A DNA stretch of 61,015 bases, the filler included, from Sphacelaria rigidula (taxonomy: Eukaryota): the NCBI GenBank assembly GCA_964200075.2. It is 10 parts of 10 records of this genome, joined end to end, with 100 filler letters (N's around TTAATTAATTAA, not from the genome) between each part and the next. Parts side by side here need not be neighbours in the genome. Positions count along the whole stretch, not along the records: positions 24,449 to 30,460 come from CAXNAA020022812.1; positions 30,561 to 36,571 come from CAXNAA020022813.1; positions 36,672 to 42,682 come from CAXNAA020022814.1; 7 more parts are not named here. One strand, written 5' to 3'. The notes under the pieces were generated by a model, which had not been told where the DNA came from, made no database searches, and saw only the letters and a list, made by a program, of their open reading frames with translations. Numbering within the stretch: the first letter of the stretch is position 1; every line of letters begins with the position of its first letter. This document shows, piece by piece, positions 25,866 to 38,720 of this stretch. Made by a program: the position numbers and the translations under genes.

Positions 25866-26174
25866 ACGTATGTGAGTGGTACCAAAAGGATTTCGGCTGA
25901 GTGCGTTTAACAACAGTTGGTGCAGCGTGCGGGGTCCCAGCATTGTGCGTTCATGGCGGTCTGGCGATCCACCGCACTATGCCGGGACCCTCATGTTTTT
26001 TTCCCGTCATCTCGTTGCACTTGTTATAATCATTTTCCTTCCTCCGGCCGAATCCATGGTTTCCACGGTATCAATCCATCTCCCCCCCTGGAACTAGAGG
26101 ACGGGGATAAGATATGTAAGAGGTTCTTGTGTAATGTATGGAAGAAACGTAATGAGCTGCGGAAGNNNNNNNNN

Positions 26175-26249
26175 GGTGCTCTGTCTCGAAAGGGATGCGT
26201 GGTCAATGGTCGAACGACTAAGACAAGCGACAAATGAGTACGCCCCCCC
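26175..26249 (+). repeat. ~70-bp mini-repeat family C
   Basis: GTCTCGAAAGGGATGCGTGGTCAATGGTC.AACGACTAAG.CAAGC.ACAAATGAGTACGCCCC; about ten copies in window. Confidence 0.85.
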
Positions 26250-26506
26250 TCTGGAACTAGACTGTGATATTGTGCGAGGAGACTGGTATTTCGGGGTGTG
26301 TATGATGTACTGTTATACGTACCCTCGATACAATTGCGCAGGGTTTTGGTATTCATGGCGCCAAAAATACCCGAAAAACTTGGTCACTAGAGGGTGATAT
26401 TCAACGTATGGGACGGGTATACCTTCGCAGTCATAAGGTCTACGCGTGATATGGCCGCATTGCTTGCGATTACCTTCCCATGTTTTTTTCACATCCTTGT
26501 CGTGCG

Positions 26507-26700
26507 TCCGCGTCAACTCTCGTCAAACAAACTCAGTCAGCTACTTTTTGTTTACTCACGTATTAATGGTAACGCTTTCGACGGTGAAAATCAGATACTT
26601 CGAAGAAAAAACCCAACGCATCGGGATAAGACCCCTCGTGCCCTCCACACCCAATGGTGACAGTCGGACCATTTTAATTCATACCACCGGGGCGCGGCGG
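26507..26700 (-). mobile_element. SINE family B, 5' two-thirds
   Basis: Reverse complement of 24564-24740. Confidence 0.8.
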
Positions 26701-26804
26701 AACAAGACAGCATCGCTTCATTGTTGCGTTTTTGAATGTGTGCATCGAACAGAACGCTCCATTTCATTAAAAAATACATATGTTTAGATTGGAAGAGTGC
26801 CGCT

Positions 26805-27050
26805 TCAATGCCCGGCGGATGCAATGTTCTTGTTTTTTTTTTTGAAAAGTATCTGATTTGCGTCGTTGGAAGACGCGAGAGCGTGAGTAGCCAAGAAAGT
26901 TGTTGGACGAGATTTGTTGACGCAGTGCGGGAGTGAGTGCTGATCCAAATGCAACACATCAAAATGTAAAGCGTGTACCGGGAGAGAGAGGGGGGGGTTG
27001 ATTGATTCCTTGGCATCACGGACTCATCCCGAGGAAGGGGAGGGTTCACG
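26805..27050 (+). mobile_element. SINE family B, 5'-truncated
   Basis: GTTGACGCAGTGCGGGAGTG ... CACGGACTCATCCCGAGGAAGGGGAGGGTTCA. Confidence 0.75.
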
Positions 27051-27733
27051 AACACGGAGATTAAGGGCGTTGATCAGCCAGGCAAGATGGGACCCCTGCT
27101 CCTGAAGCGCGATCATAGTCAACACGTGAGGACCCAACCGCGTGTGCTTTCCATTGTTGTTGTTATCTTCACATTAAAAACCGTTCCGATATCTGCGCGG
27201 TAAGTTCGTACTGGGCATGTGACGCGGACGCCTTCCGTGGTCACAGGCTAGCTACCTATAATGAGGTATGAGGGAATCAAACAAAACAAAAATCAAAGTC
27301 GAAAATAGACCCAGAAAAAGACTCACAAAACGCGATAGAAGTAAGCAAAACAAGAACAAATAATACAGAAGGAAAAGAAAATATATGGCTCACCTCGGAA
27401 GATCCGGTGCCGCAGGTGGCCATTCGGACTTCAGGGGGTGGCACCCGGCTTCACAACTCGACGCGCGAGGCCAAATAGAAATGAACTTACGTTCCGACTC
27501 AAGGCCTCAAAGACCACCGATCAAAGAACTAAGAATCGCAAGGATCCATCTTTCACCCTGTACAATATATGGTCAATAGATGCAATAGACATATGTACTG
27601 GGTTAAGTGTAGGCCTATTGCATCTACTGACCATATATTGTCATGAATTATCCAGGGTGTGGTGCTTTTCCCAGGGGGTGCTACAAAGCGCATTCAAAGA
27701 AATAACGCACTCGTGTTATGGTTGTGTGGCTAA

Positions 27734-27815
27734 TGGGAGGGGGGGCGTACTCGTTTGTTGCTCGCTCTAAATAGTCGTTTGACCATTAACCACGCATCCC
27801 TTTCGAGACGGAGTA
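27734..27815 (-). repeat. Mini-repeat family C
   Basis: Reverse complement of 26175-26249. Confidence 0.8.
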
Positions 27816-28199
27816 ATGGCCTGTGGGAGGGGGAATTTACCGTAATAGCAGCAAATCGTTCGTGGTGTATCGCTACGGATAGTCCCCAGCAGTGTAGCAC
27901 ACGTGAATACCCGGCGTGAAGCGAAAAGGCATGCGACAAAGAAAAAAAAAGAGCTCGTAGCATATCAATTACTGTATACTGATTTTCATGGTTGCCTTCT
28001 GTGCGTGTGTGTTTCCGTGCGCACGCGTGTACTGGTACGAAATAGAACGCCATGTCCACTTACAGATGAATTGTGCTTTCTATTTATGTTCAGTGCGCGA
28101 TGAATAGATGCATCCATTTTATTCCATTCCGCTCTGCTGTGCACGGTATGTGGAATGCAAACATACTGTATTTATGTATATATATATACATACACGCAG

Positions 28200-28364
28200 A
28201 ACCTAGGTCTCGCAGGAAATCCAATCGCCGGATTGCGACACCTGTCCGGCTTGCGCGACTTGCCAGCTCTGGCCGAGCTGACTCTCGATGATGTGCACTT
28301 TGGAGCTTGTCCGGTGGTTTTCACCGAGGGCTACCGAGATTTCGTGATGTGCTTTCTGCGACAG
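28200..28364 (+). CDS. Internal exon of an SDS22-class leucine-rich repeat protein, LRRC9-like
   Basis: CAG|AAC acceptor, CAG|GTACGT donor, 55 codons NLGLAGNPIAGLRHLSGLRDLPALAELTLDDVHFGACPV..YRDFVMCFLRQ (LRR plus start of LRRcap). Confidence 0.85.
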
Positions 28365-29611
28365 GTACGTGGTGCACACGGACGCTGCCTCATTGCATTC
28401 GCTGCTCATAGTCAAACCGGGGAAGGAAAAAGGGTTCAAAGTGCGACATAAAAAAAACAATCTGCGTAGCGGTAGTGGTAGCAGAAGCGGTAGCGGGAGT
28501 AGAGGCAATAGCAAAATGTTGATTTTGGTTGTTTGAATGTCGCACATTAACTGATATCCCAGGGACCCAGCCGTGGTGACGAGGTATTTACGTGTCCAAG
28601 GTGAAGAAAAACAAACATGCTCGTGGAGGAAAAATGAAGAAAACATGTAGAACAGAGTAGACTGACCCCCCTCCCCAAATATCGCGAATATGAAAGCAAG
28701 TATAGGGAAATATAATATCTTATTCACGTATGCTGATTTCTCACTCCACTCGCCACTACCGGTTGTGGTGTGTGGACTGCGTTGCATAATTGTGCTTATA
28801 GATAAAATAACAGGACGTGTGTGTTTCATCCACCATGCTTGCTGACTTGCCCGGAAAAAAAGGCATGAGTCGCCCGCGCTAAATATATGATTTGTTTTTG
28901 CTGTTTTTGGTCAAAATCAGTCGTGATTTCCATCCCGAGGAGGGTCTATGTACGGTACAGCAGGATACGATGTTTTTTTCTGTCACGGGGAAGTGGGAAT
29001 ATATATATATATATGTATATATATTACATTATTTTCTGTTTTGAACGCAGTCCCAGACTTTACTGTGATCATGAACATCGCGTTCACCGGAAAGCCTCGA
29101 CGAAATTTTCGAGAAATTTCGGGTTTGGTTCGCTGCCGACCCGCGAGATTACTCCCTAAAGTACGTACAGTATAAAATTGTCACAGCTTCCGAGGCACAC
29201 ACAGTACTCGTGAGCAAACTTGATTGACGCGGATCTTCGTATGTTCTTCTGTTGCTTCTCGGAGCATTTTTCCCTTGGAGGTGGCGGAGGTTACGTTCGC
29301 GACTATCTACAGCATATAAACACGCAGGGAGAGACCGCAGGTCTAGAGCTCTCCTCATCTCTCTAGATCTTCCTTCTCGTTACTTGTCCGTCTAGCGTGT
29401 TCAGATGATGATCAGTATTATTGTGGCACCTGCCTGGATAATGAATATTTACTACGTGTATATCACTGCTGTGACACTTGTCTTCTTCTCGCGTGTTTTG
29501 GATGATAAACGATCATTATTACTGTGACACACGTACGTCGATGATGGCTGCTACTGCTATGACGCGTAATGTGCACGTGGAACGACCTATTTGCGTTCTT
29601 TCATCTCCAAG

Positions 29612-29683
29612 GTTCGGCGACTGGACGGATTGGAGGTTGCAGAAGCCGACCGCGCCGAGGTTGCGGGAAAGTACGAGGATGAG
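29612..29683 (+). CDS. Next exon of the LRR protein (VRRLDGLEVAEADRAEVAGKYEDE)
   Basis: TTCTTTCATCTCCAAG acceptor, GAG|GTGTGT donor, phase 0/0; completes LRRcap YR..V...L..V..LDG. Confidence 0.85.
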
Positions 29684-30400
29684 GTGTGTGTTTGTATTAC
29701 TCCAGTGTGTGTAGTGGTACTAGTAATGTTAGGCTCTCACCGATTATGCTAGATAGGTCTTTTATATCGATTATAAAGTAGGAGAGTTCGGTAAGAGCAT
29801 AACCAGAAAGAACCCAAGAACAGCAGTTTTCAGCTGAAATACAGGATTCTATCATTTTTAAGTAGTGGTCGATTTCCACAAATGTTTCCGCGTGCCACCG
29901 CCTATCCCAGTGATGGTTTGATCCCCAAGTTTGGGGCTCGGGAGATGTAGGCATCCGCTCCACATTCCGAACCAAAATCATCTCTGCACTCAATATTGAT
30001 CGATTCACGAGCTGATCGGTTTTCGGGAGTCCTGCAATTACCCAGCCTCAGGTTCTGAACCTTGTGGCGTTTTTGCTCGATTGAAACAATTCCGATCATT
30101 CCCGTGAACGAGTGAAAATGGATGTGTTCTTGAATTTTCACCTATTCGTTGCGCTAGAGCCGAAAAAACATGTTTTTTGGACGAGTGACTGTCCATAACA
30201 CACAACCCCCGATTAACGAGCTACTTACTCCGTATCACCCAGACAACATCAATTGGGGGTTGTGTCCTGAGCACGACCTACTTCTCTTGGCATCATCTAT
30301 CGACGTTCGGGCTTCCGAACTCTAAGGAAGAAAACTACACGAGAAAATTCAGCAAAGTACCCAAAAATGCAAATTGCTTAACCAAGCTCCACATGGGATA

Positions 30401-30460
30401 GGGGGTGTACTCATGGTCATACATGCCATAGTCATCAGACCATTGACCTCGCATCCCTAC
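30401..30460 (-). repeat. Mini-repeat family C (subfamily 2) at scaffold end
   Basis: Reverse complement matches 56064-56130 (GTAGGGATGCGAGGTCAATGGTC). Confidence 0.8.
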
Positions 30461-30560
30461 NNNNNNNNNNNNNNNNNNNNNNNNNNNNNNNNNNNNNNNN
30501 NNNNTTAATTAATTAANNNNNNNNNNNNNNNNNNNNNNNNNNNNNNNNNNNNNNNNNNNN
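30461..30560. other. Artificial scaffold linker
   Basis: N44-TTAATTAATTAA-N44. Confidence 0.99.
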
Positions 30561-30670
30561 TAGTCGCTCTCCACTGTTGGGCATGGTGTAATAAAAAATC
30601 CCAGATCGCTCCGGGAACCGAACTCCACAACTCAATCGTCAGAAGGTTACGAGGTTACCAACGGAACCAC
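30561..30670 (-). mobile_element. SINE family A, 5' part at scaffold start
   Basis: TAGTCGCTCTCCACTGTTGGGCATGGTGT..AATCCCAGAT..GAGGTTACCAAC is the reverse complement of 16490-16590. Confidence 0.8.
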
Positions 30671-31505
30671 TATATATGTTATAATATCGCGGTGCGTCCG
30701 CAGCATGAATATGGTGAGTGCTATGCATATTATAGGCGGCCAGTTGATATTGTTTCTCGCACCCGCCTATATATACGCACCCGCCCGCGTATGACGTCGC
30801 CGCGCGCGATGTCGCGACCGCCATGAAAGAAGGTGCTCAAGTTTCCACCAACGAGAAATACATCATATCCACCCGCACGGCAGTGTGTATATGTGTCTAT
30901 AGATATCCCTGTGCCCAACCCGTGCTCTTTGCTGCGGGGTTGTGGTGGTGTAGCTGCATGGCGGGTATATGCGTTTATTGATGTTCGATTCGTGTGCGGT
31001 GATAAATATACGGAGTGATGGTCCACATACACTATTCATATGCGATTGATTAAGTGATATTTTCTAAACATGGTTCGTGTTGGTAGAGGACGGAAGACGA
31101 GGTTTTGTGAAAAATGTAGATAGGTTGACGAGGTATACCCGATCATCTGGCATCTTCCCACCTTCCCAGGGGCTTCAGACGAAGCACAGGTGTGGACATA
31201 CACACGTATCCAATGTGTGGGATCTCTATTCAGCGAAAGCGGTTGAGAGCTATTCATCCTTTAGCCCATGTACACATGGACTGGTGGGCAAAAGGATGAA
31301 TACCTTTCAGCAACTTTTTCTGCGTGTCGGATCCCATGCGCCGGCGACGATGCAGTATGAGGGATTGCCCAGCAGCTGACGCTGCTCGCAATAATTGTTT
31401 TTTCCCCCCAATCTCTGGATGGAATTGGAGGGAAAAGTAAATACGTATTTCGAGCTTGTTCTGCTGTTCAAATCGCGAATCTGCCAGTGTGCATGGGATT
31501 TGCGC

Positions 31506-31749
31506 AGCAGAAGAAGCTGTTCGAAATAGATCCTTTTTTCGCTCATCTCAAAAATGGGCGAAAAATGGATCGATCTTGAACAGCTTCTTCTGCTCTTCTA
31601 TATATATATATATATATATATTTTGCCAAAATAAATTGGGCGAGAAGAGGATCTGTTTGGGATGTAGCTTGTCCTGCTGTCCAAAATAAATTCATTTTCG
31701 CTCGATTCAAATCGGGTGAAGAGGAATTTACCTCGGACAGGAGGACAAG
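31506..31749. repeat. Two adjacent hairpins (31506-31594, 31668-31749) flanking a (TA)n tract
   Basis: AGCAGAAGAAGCTGTTC/GAACAGCTTCTTCTGCT and CTTGTCCTGCTGTCC/GGACAGGAGGACAAG. Confidence 0.7.
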
Positions 31750-32019
31750 GTATTGAAGACACATGAATTTACAGATTTTGTGTAAAATATTTGGAATTTT
31801 CGAAAAAAAAACGAGAGGTTTTTTTCACCAAAACACTACCACATGACTGTGCAGGGCTTTGCCGACGTGCCTGCACAGGGCTTCAAATCCAACCCTGGGG
31901 GAAACCCTATCAAAACGCTGCGATGGGTGCAGATTTTGCATTTCACTGTCAGGGGTTTTTCACAAAGACTGTGGAAGACCCTGTACGGACCCTGCACAGT
32001 GCGCCCCACAGGGTGCTAT

Positions 32020-35000
32020 CTGTCTACGTGTGGAGGTGGAGTGGCGTCGTCGAAAGCGAAGAGGATCAAGCAACACAACAACACCAGGCTGACAACTCAG
32101 CCAGCCACAGCACACCTCACGGGCGAAGACGTAGCCGAGAGGGCGAGCAGGGAGCTCCGAGCGGGAGCGACCACAGGACAGCAAGCGACGGAGCAAGGGG
32201 TGTAGATCCCGTAAGTGATCCTGTCGCAGTGTTCGGTCACGATCGACCAAGCGTCCAAAATATTTCTGGGGTCCCGGTTTTCAAGGCAACTGTACCTAAG
32301 TTCTCTGGGAAGAGTTCAGAGTTCAACCGCTACAGTCACGAACTAATCATGTTTTCTAGGAACGAAGCAGTTGATTGGGTCTTTACTATGTCAAAAGATA
32401 GGACATACGATGTGGAGGTGGGAAACAAAGCATTATCCTTGAGTTATCTTTAAGCAAGGCACGGAAAGGGCACTGTAGCTGCAAACGTGAGAGCGAGGCA
32501 AATGTTAATGGCGAGTCTCGAACATAAGCGGGACTGGGATGTTTTGTTCCGAATACCGTCTCCAGCAGCCGTGTGGCGTGAGTTAAATGATTTCTACAGC
32601 CCCAAGACCAACGGAGCTAGATTAGCTCTTCTAGAAAAGTATGATCACGTGAAGATTGGAGTTCGCGATGATCCTGTTCCAAAACTAGTCGAGATGCAGG
32701 AGGTGGTGAGAGAGTTACAATCACACGACACCAACATCATCCTGACGGAGGCGCAAACCCTCCTCAAATTTGTCAATGCGCTTCCTTGCGAGTATAACTA
32801 CCAAAACCAGGCGTTGGAGGAGCGCGAAGGTCGTAGTGAGGTTGGTTCGAAAACGTTTCGAATCGGCACTTTTCAAGCAGGAACTCGCCAAGGGGCAGAA
32901 GACTTCCCCGGGCGACCAGGCCCTTGCTGTCAAGGGCCATCCCGGCAAACCTAATGGTTCACACCGGAAAGGTAAACCGGGAAAGATCCAGAACCCAGGC
33001 CGCACAGGTGATGGGGGGCAGGGCAAAATCAACCAGTCGCCGGCTTGATCGTCAATGAGCCAGTCGGGGTCTGCGACGCCGTGGGGGTGCCACGTTTGTC
33101 AGAAGATGACCAGACATCGGGCGAGAGACTGTCCAGACAGGCGTTGTGTTAGGTGCGGGAAGAGAGGACATAGTTTGATTGACTGTCAGAGCACTGTGGA
33201 AGACGCGGCGACTGTGGAGGACGCGGCGATTGTGATGGGCGTGGCGGAAGACGTGGTGGACGACGACTCCGTCTGTTCGGATGCTGATGCAGAAGCGTTC
33301 ACCAGCCTCGACATGACGGTGGACGAGGTCAACACAGGCGAGTATGCGTTTTGCAACTGGGAAGGGGGGTGTAGAGGAGTCAGATGGGGGCGAACCGTGG
33401 GTACTTGACACGGGGGCCACTTCGCACTTTTCTCCTGATTCAAGTAAAATGACGGACTGTAGAAAATTCAGTGGAAGGGTACTACGGTGTGCGGGCGGTG
33501 GTACCTACCCGATCGTGGGAAGAGGAAACTTGGCTCTATCTTTACGATCTGACGGACGCGATATAGTCTTGCATTTGAAAAATGTAGACCACGCACCTTG
33601 TGTCCGTCACCATTTGTTGTCACTGACCAGGATGTCCAACGCGGGTCACACCTACGTTGGGTCTAGTAACGGCTTCCGGGTTGAGTTAAAGTCAGGCAAT
33701 ACCCTCAAAATCCCCGGTCAGCACAGACAGTTGATAATGTACGCCCAATGCATTTATCCACAAGGCCATGACAAGCTGCGACAGCATGCGCTGTGATTGC
33801 CCCGGGGAAACTTTCCAACCCCCAAGTTGGAGACATAAATGATTTCCGTTGCAAACACGCGCATGTTCACGAGGACCTGGTCCGGCGGACTGCAAAGCAG
33901 CTCGCAGTGGAGCTGCGCGGCGAGTTGAGACCGTGCCGAGAATGCTCGGAAGGAAAGGGACTTCGGCAGCCCATGCCAAGATTGACCCATACACGAGCAC
34001 CAGCGATCCCGACGCCCGACGGAGCGAGGGATGATAAGATCGAGGGAGGGACGGCCGGCAGCGAGTCCGCGGAAGGGCAAACTCCGGTGGCGCGTGCTCC
34101 ACCCCGCGGCTCACGGCACGTGTCGTTCTTGCCCCCCAACCCAGAGCTGGACGCAGAAGCGGCACAACAGACCCCCGCTATTGGCGGGGGGTGAGATGAC
34201 CTCGCCGCTTCCTTGCAGAAGCGGGGGGGGCGTGGAATTTTACGCAACCCTGTCCGACATCTCATTGATGACGGAGGATCAGCGCCCCCCACATCGCCGC
34301 CCACCGCCACATCGCCGCCGACAGCTACGTCGCCGCCGACAGTCACGTCGCCGCCGACAGCAACATCGTCGCCGCAAACGACGACAGAAACAACGCCGCT
34401 GACAACGCCGACAGCAACAACACCGACAACCGTAGACACCCCCGAGTGCAACGACAGGGGGGGGGGCGTGGAGCTCCCGAAATCCCAAGGGCGGGGCCAC
34501 GCCGTCTTGCACTCGACGATGAATTGTCTCTGCCTCCAAAAATGGCAGGTCGCACGCGCAGTGTGACGAGAGCGGCAGCCGACCAAAACGAGCTAGCATC
34601 GGCGGTAGATGAACTGGAGAAAACGCTGGCATGGGAAAGAAACGAAATTTTCTCCCGCGCGATGGCGAGGGTTCAGGCGAGGGCTCAAGCTGAAACTGCA
34701 CTGTATGGAATAGCGGAGGACAAGTGCGGGGTGACGGAGCTGGTCACTGCAGCAGTCGGACCAGAGGTGGAAGGTAGCGCGACCATGCTGACCGAGGAGA
34801 CTTTTGCGGAGCAGGATTATTTTTGTTTTCCGGCAGAAAACGGGACAGAGGCGGAGCCCAGTTTTGGTTTGCGTTCCCCCATCGATCTGCACGTGAGAGA
34901 TGTGGAAACTCCCCCCGTAACAGTAGAAGACATAGAAAAGTCGGAATACAAGAGAATATGGTTGAGTGCCATGAGTACAGAACTGAGTGGACATGAAACC

Positions 35001-36463
35001 GCAGGTATATTATCAAAAGGAGAAATTCCAAAAGGAGTAAACATAATCACAGCCACATGGGTGTTCAGTTGGAAAACCGACGCTAATGGTGCTATAACTA
35101 AAGCGAAGGCTTGATTAGTGGTGCGTGGGTTTGGCCAGAGATACGCGGTGGATTATTTTGAGACGTTTGCAGCCACCCCGGCCATGACATCAATAAAATT
35201 GGTCATGGCCGTGGCAGTACAGAGAGGATGGTCACTGTATCACTTCGACGTTAACCAGGCTTTCGTACGAGCCAAAATGGACACGAACGTGTTCATGAAG
35301 CTCCCAGAAGGGTGTAGCCCATTGACAGGTAGCACGGTTACGCTAGAAAAATCTATATACGGCATCAAACAAGCAGGGAGACAATGGTTCCTCCTCCTGA
35401 ACAAAACACGGATGGAGGACGTAGGAATGCCGCAAAGTAAGGCTGACCCGTGTGTATACAAACTGGAGGAAGGGGGAGAAGTGTGTGCCATACTTGCCGT
35501 GCATGTGGACGACATTCTAATTGGGATAGAAGCGAAAAGAGTGGAGAGGGTATGTATTATCCTAAATAACAGATTCCCAACGAACAACTTAGGTGAAGTT
35601 CAGTGGTATATGGGGTGTGCCATAGAGAGGAATTGGACAGGAGTTACCATATACGTGAATCAGACGACCTTTGTCGACACCATGCTGAAGGGTTTCGAGG
35701 TTACGGAATTTCCTGATATTCCCGCATCAGTATTTGCAGACGTGGGACCAGTGACGCAAGGTGACAAGGTTTTAGACAGACCATACCGGAGTGCCGTGGG
35801 AGGGTTGATGTGGTGGGCTATGTTAACCAGGCCTGATATTGCGAATGCAGCCCGAGACCTGGCCCGACGATCACACGACTCATGTGAAAGACACTGGCGA
35901 GGGGTGTTGAAAGTGTTGGCGTACCTCAACACGACCAGAAATTACGGTCTGACTTTTAGTTCAGGGAAAAGTAGGCTCACAGTCTGTTGTGACGTTGACT
36001 ACGCGAGGAAAGAGACCGGCGATCGGTTTCCGGGGTAGCTGTCATGTACGGGGGGATAGCAGTATCAAGTACTAGTCGAACGCAACACTGCGTTACCCTG
36101 TCAACTACCGAAGCCCAGTACATAGGTATGGCAGAAGGAGCGAAGGAGTGTATGTTTGACAGGTCGGTACTGTCTTTCCTATGACCAAGGGTTGTGTTGG
36201 GACGACAAGTAGAGTACGACATCGTTCTCTATGAAGACAATGAGGGGGCTAAGGATCTAGCCGACAACCCTCTCAGCTCAGGTCGTAGTAAGCACATCGA
36301 CGTGAAATGGCATTCTATTAGGGACTTGGTTGGGACGGGAGCAGTAAGGATTGTACATGTGGATTCGGAGTGGCAACACGCTAATATCCTCACAAAGCCG
36401 CTCCCATTCACGCTGTTCAACAGGCACCGTCGCGCCTTGATGAACACTGGGGACAGCGAGTAG
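32020..36463 (+). mobile_element. Decayed Ty1/Copia LTR retrotransposon internal region (gag-PR-preIN-RT-RNaseH); no LTRs visible
   Basis: gag (VWRELNDFYSPK, FVNALPCEY), two zinc knuckles (CHVC..H..C, CVRCGKRGHSLIDC), protease WVLDTGATSHF, pre-integrase HAHVH..CREC, RT (HFDVNQAF, KSIYGIKQA, VHVDD), RNase H (STTEAQY, SKHIDVKWH, ANILTKPL); several stops and frameshifts; 5' boundary approximate. Confidence 0.97.
34285..34440 (+). repeat. 18-bp minisatellite in the Copia IN-RT linker (TSPPTA repeats)
   Basis: AC(A/G)TCGCCGCC(C/G)AC units. Confidence 0.85.
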
Positions 36464-36471
36464 AGACATAT

Positions 36472-36571
36472 AACAACAAATTGTGAGGATTGAGGTTTAA
36501 CTTCGAGATGAGGTTCAAGCCTGAAACAGTGCTTCCCTCACACTATCGGTGATGGTGCCTAATAGCGTTTT
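36472..36571 (+). repeat. Terminus of family X, 8 bp after the Copia pol stop
   Basis: Same sequence as 18173 and 60951, extended by CCTCACACTATCGGTGATGGTGCC. Confidence 0.9.
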
Positions 36572-36671
36572 NNNNNNNNNNNNNNNNNNNNNNNNNNNNN
36601 NNNNNNNNNNNNNNNTTAATTAATTAANNNNNNNNNNNNNNNNNNNNNNNNNNNNNNNNNNNNNNNNNNNN
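36572..36671. other. Artificial scaffold linker
   Basis: N44-TTAATTAATTAA-N44. Confidence 0.99.
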
Positions 36672-37934
36672 GCACTCTGGCTAGCCACCGCTCTAAGTAG
36701 TGACAAGTGGAGTTGCTCAATCTGCGTCGCGCCTTGATTGAGGTAAGCCCGCCCTATCATTTACTCCTTCGTAATTCGAGATAAATGACGCGCCTCTGCT
36801 GCCGATTCGACCTGTCTCTTCTATCCTAATCGCGTCGGGTAAGCCTAAATACGGATTGAAGCTCTCACAGCCATATCTCATCGACACGGACAAATGGGGC
36901 CGCGATCCGAACATCTTTTTCATCGTCTAATCAAGGGGCGGATGCCCACAGGCTCTACAGCCAGGAATTTTTGTCCATGTTGATTAAACGCCATGTCGAG
37001 TAAATCCCGTGACGTACAGAAATATCTCCACACCAAAGTCTATACGGAACCTCGAACGATATATGCAGCGGATGATGATGATATTTGGTTTGAATATTCC
37101 CTGGAGCACGGGGAAACGGTAGATACTTCACCTCCACCTGATTCGTCATCAATCTAGGGACATGTCGCAAGTAATATCACATGCTATAAACTCAATATAT
37201 CGCGAGCAGGGGCAAAGAATGCATTACATGAGACGGTTTCCTGAAAAACGGGCTTCAACATCGCGGTGAAAGTTAGCCTAATTTTGGACTTCCGCCATTT
37301 TCGTGTAGATAGTTTGAGCAACGAAAGCACTTGTGATCAGTTTATTTCTGTTGAAAGTTACGCAGGTACAGCGCGGTAAAATGAAACAACAACGGATGGA
37401 AGTAAAAAAAAACATTTTTGAAGGCCTCAAAACGAGTGCGAACTGCTGAGACAAAGACCTCTCGTCGGCCTGCCAAGGGCGTTAAAGGATACGATGCTAA
37501 GGATTTTCAAGCCCTCAGGAATAATCGTACAGCATTGACACTTTCCCATGTGTCAACCCCATCCCCCTTTTTCCACCGTTTCCAGCAACAAAATCTCGGT
37601 TCAGAAACACGAAAGGTCCTCTTTCATTCTCTCAAATACTGTACCATTCCCTATATATCGATCCCGGAGATGTTTGAAAAACCGTAGCATCGCATTTTTT
37701 CAAGCCCTCGGAAAGCCGACGAAAACGCCTCCTCTCAGCTTTTCGCAGCCGTTATTAGGCTCCCAGATAATAGCTGTTTTCAAATTCACCCAGTGTCGTT
37801 CCGCGTGCCCAACCACGCCTACTTTCCTTTCAACACAAATTACAGTAGCCCAAAGCGCTCTCGTTGTTCAAACAATTTACATGAAAATAGCGATATTCCA
37901 AAAGCAGGTTCAACCCTACTGCGAGGACTGATGC

Positions 37935-38290
37935 CGCGATAACCCCCCGCGAAGAAGTGCCTGGTTGAAGGAATCACAACCTACATGTTGATCAAAATGA
38001 CAAACGCTGAGCACACCAAGTAGCCGGGAACTCCCAAGCTCGGGATCGTTTTCGCCAATGTCGTCCATATGACGCGCGTCATGTGGTCTGAAACCAGTAT
38101 CACATGCTGAATAACCATTATCTTCGGGACAGCGTTGAGGCTGCATTTGGGGCAAGGGGGCTATCGCGGCACCCCTCCGATGTTGAACCCCATTTTCGTG
38201 GAGACCCTCTTGAATCTGCATTTCGCGTCTCCGTTTTGGGAGCTGTATTTTGATACTTAGTGTGGAGTATCGCAAGGGCAAGGTACAAGC
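37935..38290 (+). repeat. Unclassified interspersed repeat
   Basis: Colinear with 7805-8110. Confidence 0.7.
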
Positions 38291-38560
38291 AAACCATTCG
38301 CGGCCTTGGGTTTTTTCATGGGTGAGGGATGTTTTGGGAATGGTGATGCACGCTATTTTTTACCCTTAACCCATTTATGTGCTCACCTCGGTTTTAGACT
38401 TGTGCTCCGAAATCACGTGTGGAGCATCGCAAGGGCATACTGCACGCAAAACTGTCGGGGCCTTGACTTTTGTTCGTGACTCAAGGGCGTTCTGATGAAA
38501 CGTTTTTCGTTCCTAAACTGGAGCGTCTTCAGCTAACGAAAAAGCAACATCTCGCAGATT

Positions 38561-38720
38561 CATCATCATTGTTATCTTGATCACCGTTACCTTTATCATC
38601 ATTGTTATCGTTATCATCGTTGTTATCGTTACCATCATTGTTATCGTTATCACCATTGTCATTTTTATCTTAATCATTGATTTTATTATGATCGTTATCA
38701 CTAGTACTACCATTATTATT
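38561..38720. repeat. Compound trinucleotide microsatellite (ATC/ATT/GTT)
   Basis: CATCATCATTGTTATC..GTTATCGTTATCATCGTT phased triplets. Confidence 0.9.

Noticed and set aside
26175..27815. 1.6-kb element bounded by inverted copies of repeat C
   Set aside because: Repeat C occurs singly elsewhere in both orientations, no TSD is visible and the left flank is a gap.
35112..35114. CGA->TGA stop as evidence of CpG methylation decay
   Set aside because: One clear case only; a consensus-based mutation spectrum would be required.
36464..36571. 3' LTR of the Copia element
   Set aside because: No clear polypurine tract or TG start, and the same sequence follows non-Copia flanks at 18173 and 60951.
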